DNA of 46,225 nucleotides from Octopus bimaculoides (lineage: Eukaryota). The DNA is taken from positions 11,090,720 through 11,136,944 of the forward strand of contig NC_068989.1 of assembly GCF_001194135.2 (NCBI RefSeq), written 5' to 3'. Below, in pieces: positions 21,108-32,200 of this stretch. Made by a program: the position numbers and the translations under genes. Numbering within the stretch: the stretch's first letter is position 1; each line of letters begins with the position of its first letter. The notes under the pieces were generated by a model. It saw nothing but the letters and a program-made list of their open reading frames with translations, made no database searches and was not told the origin of the DNA.

Positions 21108-21327
21108 TGTGTTTGTGTGTCTGTGTGTCTGTGTTTGTCCCCCAGCATCGCTTGACAACTGATGCTGGTGTGTTTACGTCCCCGTAACTTAGAGGTTCGG
21201 AAAAAGAGACCGATAGAATAAGTACTAGGCTTACAAAGAATAAGTCCTGGGGTCGATTTGCTCGACTAAAGGTGGTGCTCCAGCATGGCCGCAGTCAAAT
21301 GACTGAAACAAATAAAAGAATAAAAGA
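20834..21327 (+). mobile_element. SINE family A, young full-length copy
   Basis: Complete head (AGGCGCAGGAGTG..GGTTCAGTCCC), internal (TA)(TG)n and tail TAAAAGAATAAAAGA; contains a 62-bp false duplication across a 10-N gap. Confidence 0.92.
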
Positions 21328-21479
21328 ACTATTTTAGCTGTTGCCAGAGAGATTTTTAATATCAAAGAGTCACCTTCGTAGAGAACTTTAAATCGAGTCA
21401 GCCTTGCTCAGTCTGTTTTCTGTTTCTTTGTCGATTGAGATAGCTATAACTTCGTAAAGGCTAGTAATGTTCTGTTGAT

Positions 21480-21797
21480 TGCAGTATGGTGTTTTGATGA
21501 CGGATTGTGCGGCAATAACTTATTCCAAGACATTCCGTCGCCTAACTTTTTTGCATTACTGGTATTAACCTAGAGTCCTGCATCGAATGGGCAACGATGG
21601 TACATTCGTCGGCGTAAACTAATTCGCACGCTGAGACAATTATTTTTTTCAAACTAGCTTTCCGTCCTTTGATATCGAACGACTTACCGTCCGTGGGATA
21701 TAAAATACACTTTTAGATAGATGATTTTGAAAGCTTCTTCCAGTATGGCATTGAGATAAAACAAACTAACAACCAGACAGCACAGTATCCCTTTGTT
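21480..21797 (-). mobile_element. RTE-BovB-like reverse transcriptase remnant
   Basis: With frameshifts: KQ(G)..LFYLNAILEEAF..TDGKSFDIKGRKASLKKIIVSACELVYADECTIVAHSMQD. The (Y/F)ADD box is degraded to YADE; the TDGK.F.L insertion is typical of BovB-type RTs. Confidence 0.85.
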
Positions 21798-21987
21798 TTA
21801 CTGCATCTGTTGCTTATTTTTCTTGCAAGGCATACACTGCACACACACGCTCGGTACTCCTATTCCTAACTCTCCTTTCCACTCCATTCCTAACTCTCCT
21901 TTCCACTCCATTCCATCGGTTTCATTGCTATGAAACTTTTTCCAATCATCCATAATACAACTATGTGGTTGGTTCTTAGGGTGTTCC

Positions 21988-22374
21988 TTGTTGTTGGCAC
22001 TCCGTCGCTTACGACGTCGAGGGTTCCAGTTGATCCGATCAACGGAACAGCCTGCTCGTGAAATTAACGTGCAAGTGGCTGAGCACTCCACAGACACGTG
22101 TACCCTTAAGGTAGTTCTCGGGGATATTCAACGAGACACAGTGTGACAAGGCTGACCCTTTTGAATTACAGGCACAACAGAAACAGGAAGTAAGAGTGAG
22201 AGAAAGTTGTGGTGAAAGAGTACAGCAGGGTTCGCCACCATCCCCTGCCGGAGCCTCGTGGAGCTTTAGGTGTTTTCGCTCAATAAACACTCACAACGCC
22301 CGGTCTGGGAATCGAAACCGCGATCCTATGACCGCGAGTCCGCTGCCCTAACCACTGGGCCATTGCGCCTCCAC
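21988..22374 (-). mobile_element. tRNA-derived SINE family C, full-length young copy
   Basis: Head with A box TGGCCCAGTGGTTAGG and B box GGTTTCGATTCCC; 3' end GGAGTGCCAACAACAA. Confidence 0.92.
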
Positions 22375-23351
22375 AAGGTGTTCCTTACATTATCCCCAAA
22401 CCGTGTGCGCCTGTCCTCGCGATCTCATCGATACTTCTTTCTTTCTTTTCCTTCTTTCTTTCTCTCTTTCTTTCTGTCTTTCTTCCTTCCTTCCTTCCTT
22501 TGCTTCTTTCTATCTGTCTTTCTTTCTTTCTTTCTTTTCAAGGATCCATCCACTCGTCCAGTCTATAGAAACATTCGACAATATGTCCCATTTTCAAGGA
22601 GGGCAATGCCTAAGACCTATACAACTATCTCCTTATCAGTGCCAATCCCTTCTTCCTCACTTTCAGTCATTATCTGTCTGTCTGTCTCTCTCTCTCTCTC
22701 TTTCTCTCTTTCTCTCACATACACACACGACACATTCTCCCTCTCTCCCTCCACCTCCCTCTCTTCTGTCTCAGTGACCAAACGGTATGTATTTTAGTTG
22801 TATACATTTATCAGAACCTTGCGTTCTTACGTCACACAAAATTTATCTCCTGTACCGAGAACTTGGGAAATCGCTACATTGCTGCCTTTGACACAAGAAA
22901 AACTTTAGAACGTTATCTAGTTTAAGAATTTTCTAGTTGTCTGTTTAATGTTTCTATCTACTATTCATCTCTTTGATCGGAGATTTTCTGTCAGATTGTT
23001 AAATTGCAACGCTTTCTGTCTCTCTTCAAACACAGCTCTATCAACCCTGCTATGTACCCACTTTTTCCTTCCTGTACGATGACGATTTTCTTTTCTGTAA
23101 CTTCTAACCACGCATACTCCAATGAAGGTACCATCTTTAAATTCTTAATCTTTCGCACACAAACGTTATCCATATGCAAACTACACACACATCACAGCAA
23201 GTATACACTTCTTCCATAGACAGAGGTCTTGAAAAGATTCTTGCATTGGATACCCAATGTTCTTCACTGACACAAAGAAGTCGCAATCACTATACTTATC
23301 AAAGAAACAATTTGTTTTTTGCATGCTCTCTCTACTTTTTAATACCCATTT

Positions 23352-23710
23352 ATCTTTTACTTGTTTCAGTCATTGGACTGCGACCATACTGGGTCACCGC
23401 CTTGAAGGGTTTTACCCGAACAGATCGACAGAGTACTTATTTTTAAAGTCTCTTACTAATTTTATCTGTCCCTTTTGGCGAACTGCTAAGCTATGAATAC
23501 GTAAACAAATCAACACCGGTTGTCGAACGGCAGGGGAAGGAAAAACACCCATACAAAGACAAGCACACACACACACACATGACGGGCTTTCATGCAGTTT
23601 TCTGTACCAAATTCACTCTCATGGCGTTGGTTGTCCCAGAGCTCAAGGTGCCGCAAAGTGGGATTGAACTCAAAACCACGTGGTTGTAAAGCGAGCTTCT
23701 TTACCACAAA
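23352..23710 (-). mobile_element. SINE family A (diverged)
   Basis: TCTTTTACTTGTTTCAGTCATTGGACTGCG..GACGGGCTTTC..ACCAAATTCACTC..GGGATTGAACTC. Confidence 0.8.
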
Positions 23711-24077
23711 ACCTCTACTCTAACGATCTCACAGGACAAGTTCACGTTACCGAAATTGCAAAACAAAGACCGGTCATAATATCCTTCAGCATGGAATCAG
23801 TTTCTAAATTGCTACAAAATCGAAATGCGATCATATCAGAACATTTAGCGGCCGCTGCTACTTTAACACATAAATCTCCACAAAGATCTACAAAGAAGGC
23901 TGTTCGATTGACAGATATATATTCATACATGATTTAACTTCAACCACTGACGAAGCTTCAGTGTAGGCCGTTCAGAGCAGCCTTCCATTTTTCTCTACAA
24001 GCACCAACATTCAGACGTTCGAACTGCACATCATACATATCGTTTTTTTTCTCTCTATTCCCCCCCCCCTCTTAATC

Positions 24078-24113
24078 CTTTCTGTCGAAGAGCGTAGGCC
24101 CGAAACGTCAAAG
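24078..24113 (+). ncRNA. degenerate hammerhead-like motif in a Penelope-like terminal fragment (24060-24200)
   Basis: CUUU-CUGUCGA-A-GAGC guag GCCC-GAAA-CGUC^-AAAG. A6 is replaced by U, stem II has one mismatch, stem III is a loopless ACGU palindrome, and stem I has 4 bp. Confidence 0.45.
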
Positions 24114-24559
24114 ACTTTTCCATTCTTCCCGAACGTTAACCTAATACACTTGCTTGCTGTTCCTTCACCTGTTTCGTCTTTTGTTTTTTGTAAATTTAAA
24201 CTATGTATATATATATATATATATATATCCGCCTGTGACAAAATGCGCACCAACACGAGATAGTAACCTCCATGGTATTCGATCTTTGACAAGAGCATTC
24301 AGGGAAACTATGTCATAACCTGCCCATGCTGTGATGTTATCTCTCTATCTTTTAAGTTGCCGATCTCTGTTACTCTTTCCATTAATTATGCCTTCCAAAA
24401 ACAGACCTTGCTGACACCACGGACCATTCGCTTCGGTGGCCAAGCAATTTGAGTTATTTTATTTTTGATGACAAAGGTGACTGGTGGTAATTTGGTTATT
24501 TGTCACAGATCTTCAATTCTCACATAGTCTGCGAGTCTGATGTTTGTATTAAATCGTAT

Positions 24560-24895
24560 TACATGATTGTGAAAGACTATCAACTGAATGCATGGCAACA
24601 GAGATATCTAATCCGGACCTCACCCTTACAATATATGGCAAACCAGTAAAGCAAGTGTGTGAATTAATCTACCTCAGACACAGTCTCTGTTCAAAAAACG
24701 ATAGAATGATAGCAGCCGACTATAGAACCAGACTTTGTTGGGCAGCCTTTGATAGGAACGAAATTGCACTCACTTCAAAACGAATACCCATACCACATTA
24801 AAATCAAGCATCTACAACACCTATGTTCTTCCAGAAGTTTTATATGGGCAAGACCGTGTCAACCGGACTTCTGTTGCACTACAGAAACTTGGACG
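24560..24895 (+). mobile_element. RTE-clade LINE remnant (end of RT and downstream)
   Basis: IYGKPVKQVCELIYL..YRTRLCWAAFDRNEIALTSKRIP(frameshift)YHIKIKIYNTYVLPEVLYG. Confidence 0.8.
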
Positions 24896-25034
24896 AAAAG
24901 AGAGTAAAAAGTTATTGAGTGAAAGTATAACGTTTCAGACATAGTCCTTCGTTGGATGCAAAAAGAAAACTCATGGAAGAGAGGAAAAGAGAAAAGAGAG
25001 TCAGGAAAAACGCACGTTGGCAACTCATATGTTC

Positions 25035-25103
<69 letters not shown>

Positions 25104-25816
25104 CAAGTTAGCGGACGTAACAGAGTGATGCAGTAGAAAAGTAGACACTAGTGGTGGTCTGTATCGGTAAATAATAAATACAAAAAAGTTAACAAATGTA
25201 TATGGTGAGGAGGAGGAGGAGGAGAAATTGATGTTTCGAGCAAGGCCTTTCACAAGAATGGTCTGTGATTTTAAGTTGATTGTGTTTCTAATGTAATATA
25301 GAAGTTTAATATTATTTGCAGAGATCAAGAAGGTCAACTATTAAGTGTCCTGCAATGGCAGCTTAGGACAAGATAAAGAGGTAAACAAAGAAAAGATTTA
25401 TAATCTGGTGGGAGCACAAGGAACATTTTTTGGTCAGTTTCATTTGCTTCGTTTTGAAAAGGTCGAATTTGAAGTCCAGAAAAAAATAAGAATAAAAAAG
25501 ACAAAAAAAAGTGGCAGGAATTAGAATCCAATGAAACTAGTGACAATAGTCGACTATTTTGGATCTAGCAGTCACTGACAAACGAACTCCATGTTTATTG
25601 TTTCCATATTCCAGTCACAAAACTCAGCATTTCAACATCTATTTCCAGTTAGAAGGTTTGAAATTAAAAGATTTTATTGATAGTATTGCACAATCGAATT
25701 ACAAAAATGTTTCGGTGACAATACTGTCCGAACATTGTTCTCTAATTTAGGCACAAGGACAACAATTTTGAGAGGAAAGAGCTAATCGATATCATTTTAG
25801 TGTTCGCGTCCTGGAC

Positions 25817-26236
25817 CTGGGGTGCAGCCAGGTTCTAAAATTAGAGGGATCGAGCGCTTACCAAAAGAAGCCGCCCTGACTCATACCAAACAATTTTTAA
25901 CTCATTTCTCTTATAATAAACGAAATATTTCATTAGTTATAATTTATGTAATTGTATTCTGCATTCGTTAATTTTATGCTTTAGTAATAATGGCATTATG
26001 TATGAACCTTACGACTATTGATATTGGTCTGATGTGAAGAAGATGGATCCACTGCATTGTCCAGTGTCGAGAGGTTATGACATCAGGGTTTGTTTTGGTT
26101 CTTAAGGTGTCAGCGGTCACCAAAACACCACAAGAGATTGAGCGGACAGCTCAGAAACATGGGAGATTGATCAAATAAAGTAATGACTCCAGAAAATTCT
26201 TCTAAGGTCAAGCGATTATAAAGAGAGAGGGAGAGA

Positions 26237-26284
<48 letters not shown>

Positions 26285-26407
26285 CCAATTTTATCGTACT
26301 AGTAAACTAAAAGTTTCAAAAATCATTGAAAAGACGCCCGCCAATTTTGAAAACATTGTGCTCGGGGGTAGCGGTCGTTCTCTTTGCTTCCCTATTAGCT
26401 ACGCCAC
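25817..26407. mobile_element. possible old DNA-transposon MITE (GGCGTAGC/GCTACGCC-type ends)
   Basis: Right end CCCTATTAGCTACGCCAC; the left end CTGGGGTGCAGCCAGG is only loosely complementary. Confidence 0.3.
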
Positions 26408-26540
26408 AAGAAACAACACTGAACCATTTCGAAATAAAGCTAGTTCATACATGTGGTGTACCCCTGGTGGTCAGCTATTAAGTTGTGGTAGGTTTGGAAG
26501 TTTGAAATTTAAAAGGGTACAATTTATATATATTTAATAT

Positions 26541-26706
26541 CGGTATTTCGTCCGCCCTTACGTTTTGAGTTTAAATTCCGCCGACATCAACTTTGCTTTC
26601 CATCCCTTCGAGAACGATAAAATAAGTACCAGTCGACCACTGGGGTCGATGTAATCGACTCATACCCATCCCCGAAATTGCTGGCCTTAAGCCAAAGTTC
26701 GAAACC
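26541..26706 (+). mobile_element. SINE family B (5'-truncated)
   Basis: CGGTATTTCGTC..GAGTTTAAATTCCGCCG..AATAAGTACCAG..CTGGGGTCGATGTAATCGACT. Confidence 0.8.
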
Positions 26707-27366
26707 AATATTTCTTTTCCCTATGTATTATATAGATCTTAAAATTTCCAGCCGTTGGTAGCCATATATGGCACCATTTCATCCCTTTTTGGAATCACCA
26801 GCACCGCATAACCCGAGGCCTCCTTCTAAAATGTCGACTGTTTCTTGACTATCAGAACACAGTTTTTATGCTTTCCTTGGGAAACTGTCCAAAAAGTCTT
26901 AAGTTGGGTGATTTGTCTATTTCTTCCGATCAATTATTACGCCTTCATTATTGTCGTTTGTTTTATTTTAAGGTTTTGCTTTGTGATAGTGGCCATTAAT
27001 GTGAGCAGACACTTGTCTTTTCTTCTTTCATTTTTTTCGTTCCCTGTTTTCTTCGCGTTTCCAATTTGTTTCTTCTTTCTAAGTATCTTTCAATCGCTGG
27101 CGCCGCCACTTACATCTGTTCAAACGTGTATATATCTACACAAACACATGCATATGCAAGCATGTACACACACACACACACACAAACACACAGAGTAACT
27201 GAACTAATAGGCGAGTTCATATCTCCGTGTTGGAATTATGCGCTCGGTAGACAAAATTCTAAACTTCACATATCTTCGTTCATATACGAGGTGCTAAGAA
27301 TAAGTTTTCTTGGGAATGTTACACCGTGAATATTTACTGTTATGAGTGCATGTATGAATGAATATA

Positions 27367-27425
27367 CAGTAATACCTCGCCATATCGCGGTTCACCTATC
27401 GCGCACTCAGTACATCGCGGATTTT
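27367..27425 (+). mobile_element. single pogo/Tigger-like TIR fragment
   Basis: TA|CAGTAATACCTCGCCATATCGCGG resembles Tigger-type termini; no partner TIR was found. Confidence 0.45.
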
Positions 27426-27537
27426 AATATAAAATCTGTGGTTTCGAATCCGGTCCTATTATGCACCGGCAAGGACAAGTGTGTTCAACTATAGCTACAG
27501 GCCAACCAATATGTGCAGATTTGAATTAGTACCTAAT

Positions 27538-27860
27538 GGAAGAATTAGTACCTAATTTGGGCACCAAGTATTATACAAATGTTTGAATTGGGCGAGATTG
27601 CGTTGTACCAAAAATATCGTTCACTCCATCTTACGTCAAGAGCAGGTACTGTAATAACTTATGGTTCAAAGGCTCACATCTCTTCAATGCTCTGCCAAAA
27701 GATTTAAGAAATTTACGCAATGTGGATGTGGATGTCTTCAAAAAGAAACTGGACACTCTCCTATCCACGATACCAGACGAACCAACGTCCCGGCATGAAG
27801 TACAGATGAGGGCAGCCGTGTCAAACTCCCTTATACACTAAATGGGTCAACAACTACGAT
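27538..27860 (+). mobile_element. CR1/L2-group LINE 3' remnant inserted in a decayed SINE
   Basis: ELVPNLG..; open frame 27587-27841 reads IGRDCVVPK..FKGSHLFNALPKDLRNL..DVFKKKLDTLLSTIPDEP..RAAVSNSLIH*. Confidence 0.8.
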
Positions 27861-28479
27861 AAAAGCGCATGTAAGAGTGGTGTTATGAGATTCCACCACC
27901 CTAAAGAAATCAGCCAAATAAGAAAACTGTGGAAAAAGGGCAAAAATCACAGTGGTGCTCCAGTATGATCGCAGCTGCAAGGCTAAAACGAACAACAGAA
28001 ATATTCACATACGTACACAGAGTAAATGGTGCCATTGAAAGTAATAGGATCAAAGAATGTTGATGACAGTTGATTTCGAAAACTCGCAATAAAACACCAA
28101 ACAATGGTAGAATGAATTTCACTGGCTGTTTTCCACTGGATATAAATCTCTACTATTTCATGTTTATATATAACGATGCGCTAAGTTCCTGTAACGAACC
28201 TACGAAACTTTGGGACCAAATCAAACTGTTTTAAATAATAATATATGTGATTCCTACTCAATGTGTTGAGTGTCATTTCCTTTTGTCCACTCACTCGTAT
28301 GTTTGTATGTATGTATATATGTATGTATGTATATATGTATGTATGTATGTAGGCATGTGTGTGTGTGTGTGTATTTATCTCTTTACTTCCTATCTCATGC
28401 CAATGATTTTCTGTAAAGCCGTTTTCAATTTGCAAAATTTTTCTTTCACTAAGTTGGTGCTAATACATTATATATTATG

Positions 28480-28890
28480 TGACAGTGAGAAATCGAATGG
28501 TGTGTGCGCGTGCCTGTAAATATACACACGCACACACGGTTATTTCTACATACATACACATACATGCATGCAGTGGAAGTTGCGCTTTGTAATGACTTCG
28601 GGGCACGGAGCCGTTTCGATAACAGTAACCGGATGAAAACAGTATTCTGAGTATGTTTGGGATTACAAAATTTGATGACATTTTCCGTGATCATAATAAG
28701 CGACTCCCACTGTGTATATTACGCGATCAACAGCGCAAACGAAACTACGAGCAGAAACTGAAAAATAAGCTCAATATTACAATAAATATTTACATTGTAT
28801 TTTTCTAATGAGTCCTCCTCCCCACCTTTTCTTTGGAAACTATATATACATACCTACATACACTTAATATATATATATATATCCACACAC

Positions 28891-28930
<40 letters not shown>

Positions 28931-28939
28931 ACACACACG

Positions 28940-28991
<52 letters not shown>

Positions 28992-29100
28992 CCCAGATAG
29001 ACAGATAGATAGATAGATAGATAGAATATAGATATTGGAAAGACAAAGATAGAGAGAAAGAAAAAGAAATGGATAGATAGATTGAGAGAGAGAGAGAGTG
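28480..29100 (+). promoter_or_regulatory. putative promoter region upstream of the candidate first exon
   Basis: CpG-containing patch at 28500-28760 (GGAAGT and CCGGAT ETS-like sites), followed by (TA)n, (GA)n and (GATA)n directly before a GC-rich transcript-like segment. Confidence 0.35.
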
Positions 29101-29273
29101 ATCAAGACGCAGTGCTGCTCCCAGCTGCTGCTGTTGCACAGCTAACACCACATCAACCGTCCGTCTATCGGCCTGTCTTCTGTCTGTCTGTCTGCGCCGA
29201 CCAACCGACCAACCAGCCGACATGACGGAGAAGCGACCTTAGTGACGTCCTCAACTGCATTGTCAACAGAAAG
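29101..29273 (+). other. candidate first (5' UTR) exon with a 6-codon uORF MTEKRP
   Basis: GC-rich non-repeat segment ending at a consensus donor AAG|GTGAGT (29273/29274), followed by T-rich intron-like sequence. gacATG at 29222 stops at TAG 29240-29242. The 5' boundary is approximate. Confidence 0.55.
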
Positions 29274-32200
29274 GTGAGTACTTTTCTTTTTTTTTTTTTT
29301 ACTACCCCTCATCCTTCCTCGTCTTACTCTATTTATCTCTTCTGTGTATTTTAATCTCTGTCTATCTATCTTTCTTGGCTGTCTCTGTCTATCTTTCTCT
29401 ATCGATCTGTTTACCTATATATGTAAGTATGTATGTAGGTATGCATACATGTATCTATGTACCAATTAAAAAAAAATCAATCTATTTATCTGTAGATTCT
29501 TCCTTCTCCCTCGCAGACATTCCCTTAGATCTCCCTAGCCATCACTATATATTTTTTCCTGTTTCCCCCTCTATTTGTTTTCCTATATCTTATTTATTTT
29601 CTTTCTATAAGACACCAACTGCCCGAAATGGTAAAATTGTTCGGCACATCTATCTATAAACCGCTGCAGTATCTTAATGACATTGCTATTATTAAAATAA
29701 AATAAAAAATAAAAGAAATCATTATTATTATAATTGCAACTTTACAGCACAGACAGATTTACAAGCCTGCCAATCATATTGAGTATGAAGCTCCTAAAAG
29801 ACTTACTTTCTTGAGAGAGAGTAAGAACGAACTAGAGAGGGAGAGAGAGAGTGAGAGAAAGAAAGAAAAAGTTAAGAAAACAAAGTGCTCGAAGAACACA
29901 AGAAACAAACTGACCGGTTGGTATTGTTATTGTTGTATTGAAATGATGACAAGGTGGGGACAGTTGGTTTGTTGTTGTTTAATTGGAGTTTTTCTTCCCC
30001 CCTCTCCCCCTTCTTTGATGTTTTAACGAACACAAATTCCATCGTGGCTGATAGAATCGCAGGAAAAGTGGAGACCGAGTGAAATATTCTGTAGAGAAAG
30101 AAGACAGGTGTCTGCATGTATGTATACATTTATCTGTATATATACATGTATGTATATATATATATATACAGATCTATATCTATATTATTTATGTATGCAG
30201 GAATATATATATATATATATTTGTTTGTGTAACTATCTACTTGTGTATATGTGATTGTAAAATGAGTGCGAGTGGGAAATTACTAATGGTTGCCTCCGTC
30301 CCGGGACGATTTTTACCGTTCCATTTCAACCGTCTTTCATTCTTGTCTATTATAATACATACTAATAGTCTCTAATTTTATATAACTCCTTTATTGTCTA
30401 CTTCACATATATTGAACAACTGCTGCATTTTATTTATTTATTTGAAAACTTTGGTTCTGGATAATTCAGTACTCATTCCTTGAACATTTATTTCAAGTTG
30501 TGTGTGTGCGTGTGTGTAAGCAACCAAAAAAAAAAGTGTTGCTTGTTTTCATATTGTCAACAGCATGAATATTTGGTGTTGGTGCGATGGTGTGGGATAA
30601 TCTGTTTTATTGATCGGTAAAGAGACATGTTGTGTTTAAACTTGTAGATGTATACACATGTGTATATGTGTGTGGGCTGTTTAGAGCGATGTCTGTTCCA
30701 AGACGGAACCGAGTTATTTTTGAATATCTATATAGGATGGTGTTGAAGTTGAAAGTTCTTCTACTTAAACACGGTGCCAATTACTGCTAAACGTGTAGTA
30801 ATGTCCTTTTGGGACCTTTCTGGTTTTGAAACTACAATCGTCCGATGCCTTTAGACATACCAGAACATCTGCAATCATACACATACCAACATTTGTATTT
30901 ACATATTTACATACACGCTAACACAGTTGTTTACATAAACACACATGCAGAGGTCTATGTTTACACACATATATGTCTATATGCCAATTCACATACACAC
31001 ACATCAACACAGCTAAAACAATAACAATCAGGCAGACTAAACATATAAACACCACACATATATGTGTATATATATGTATACACAAGGGATTGATGATCTC
31101 TGCTTCACTCGTACCATGACTGTGTGTGTGTGTGTGTATGTGTGTAAAGTTTGGTTTCTTATTTATTTCGGTTACCGCAATAATTTCCTGATAAAGTTTG
31201 CTATATATGCTGTTATTCCATAAGCATTTTGGATTATGTTGTCAGTATTATTAAGTATGCTTGTACGTAAATTGTTTTACCGTTTTGTTTATTAAACACT
31301 GAGATGGAGGGGGGGGGGGCACGTTTTCCCGCTCCTTAGAGACTTGGACCAAACTTTCAAAAATAACACGTTTTGTGATTCTTCATGAAAGGAACTCCAG
31401 TGTTTAATAATAGTTAGACTATCAAGGAATAACCAGTTTCGTTCTCACCTTATTTTCTTCCTATTTTTCTTTGATAAAAATCAACAAAAATAAACATCGA
31501 TACTAAGCTAAATAAAAAGAATGTCCATAACTTTCGGGTTTTCCAATTCTTCTGAAGACCTTAGTTTTAAAATCACTTGTATTTTAGAATTTCTCAGTTT
31601 GTTGTTACTTATCCTTTACGATCCTGAAATCATTCCACAATTTTATTCCATTACCCACTAACCGTGTTCGCAGTCCCCTTTTATAGAAACATTCATAACT
31701 TTGGAAGTATAATAAGAATCTTTTAAAGGTAGCTTTATACATACATGTGTGTGCTTATATATCTATCTATCTAAACACGTGTATGTTTATATATATATAT
31801 ATATATATAATACTTACTCACACATGTCTGTCTCCATTGAGATGTACGTGTGAGTGGCATGTCTGGTAGTATGTCCTGGTTTTTTCCTCTAACTGCTTAT
31901 CTCCTACTCTGTTGTTTGGCCTAAATTTTGCGGCAAAATGACGTTGCCTGGCCGACTTTGCTGTCTTTTCTTTCCTCCTCTCCTTGGCTGGCACTAAACT
32001 ATTGAGGTGTTGCTTAGCGAGACATCCACCCGGGGTGGTGGATATCTCTCCTCTTATTTAATTCAGCATCTCGTCATTCTTCATCCCATTCAAGAACCTA
32101 CTCAATCTTCCACCATTAACATAGTTTCGTTTTACCCCCCCCTCTTTTTTTTATTTTATTAATTTATCCACATACAGACACACGTATGTTTCTACCTTTA

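Noticed and set aside
22300-22374. tRNA genes (also 3520-3594, 20834-20900, 34450-34520)
   Set aside because: The A and B boxes are present but run straight into shared repeat bodies with no acceptor-stem closure; these are SINE heads.
23680-23937. 85-aa ORF or GIY-YIG remnant next to the Penelope-like fragment
   Set aside because: Only a vague AIISEH similarity; the YIG motif and catalytic residues are not identifiable.
23947-23975. Hammerhead at CTGACGAAGC (also CTGAGGA at about 2426 and CTGAAGA at about 36309)
   Set aside because: GAAA, stem III or stem I is missing in each case.
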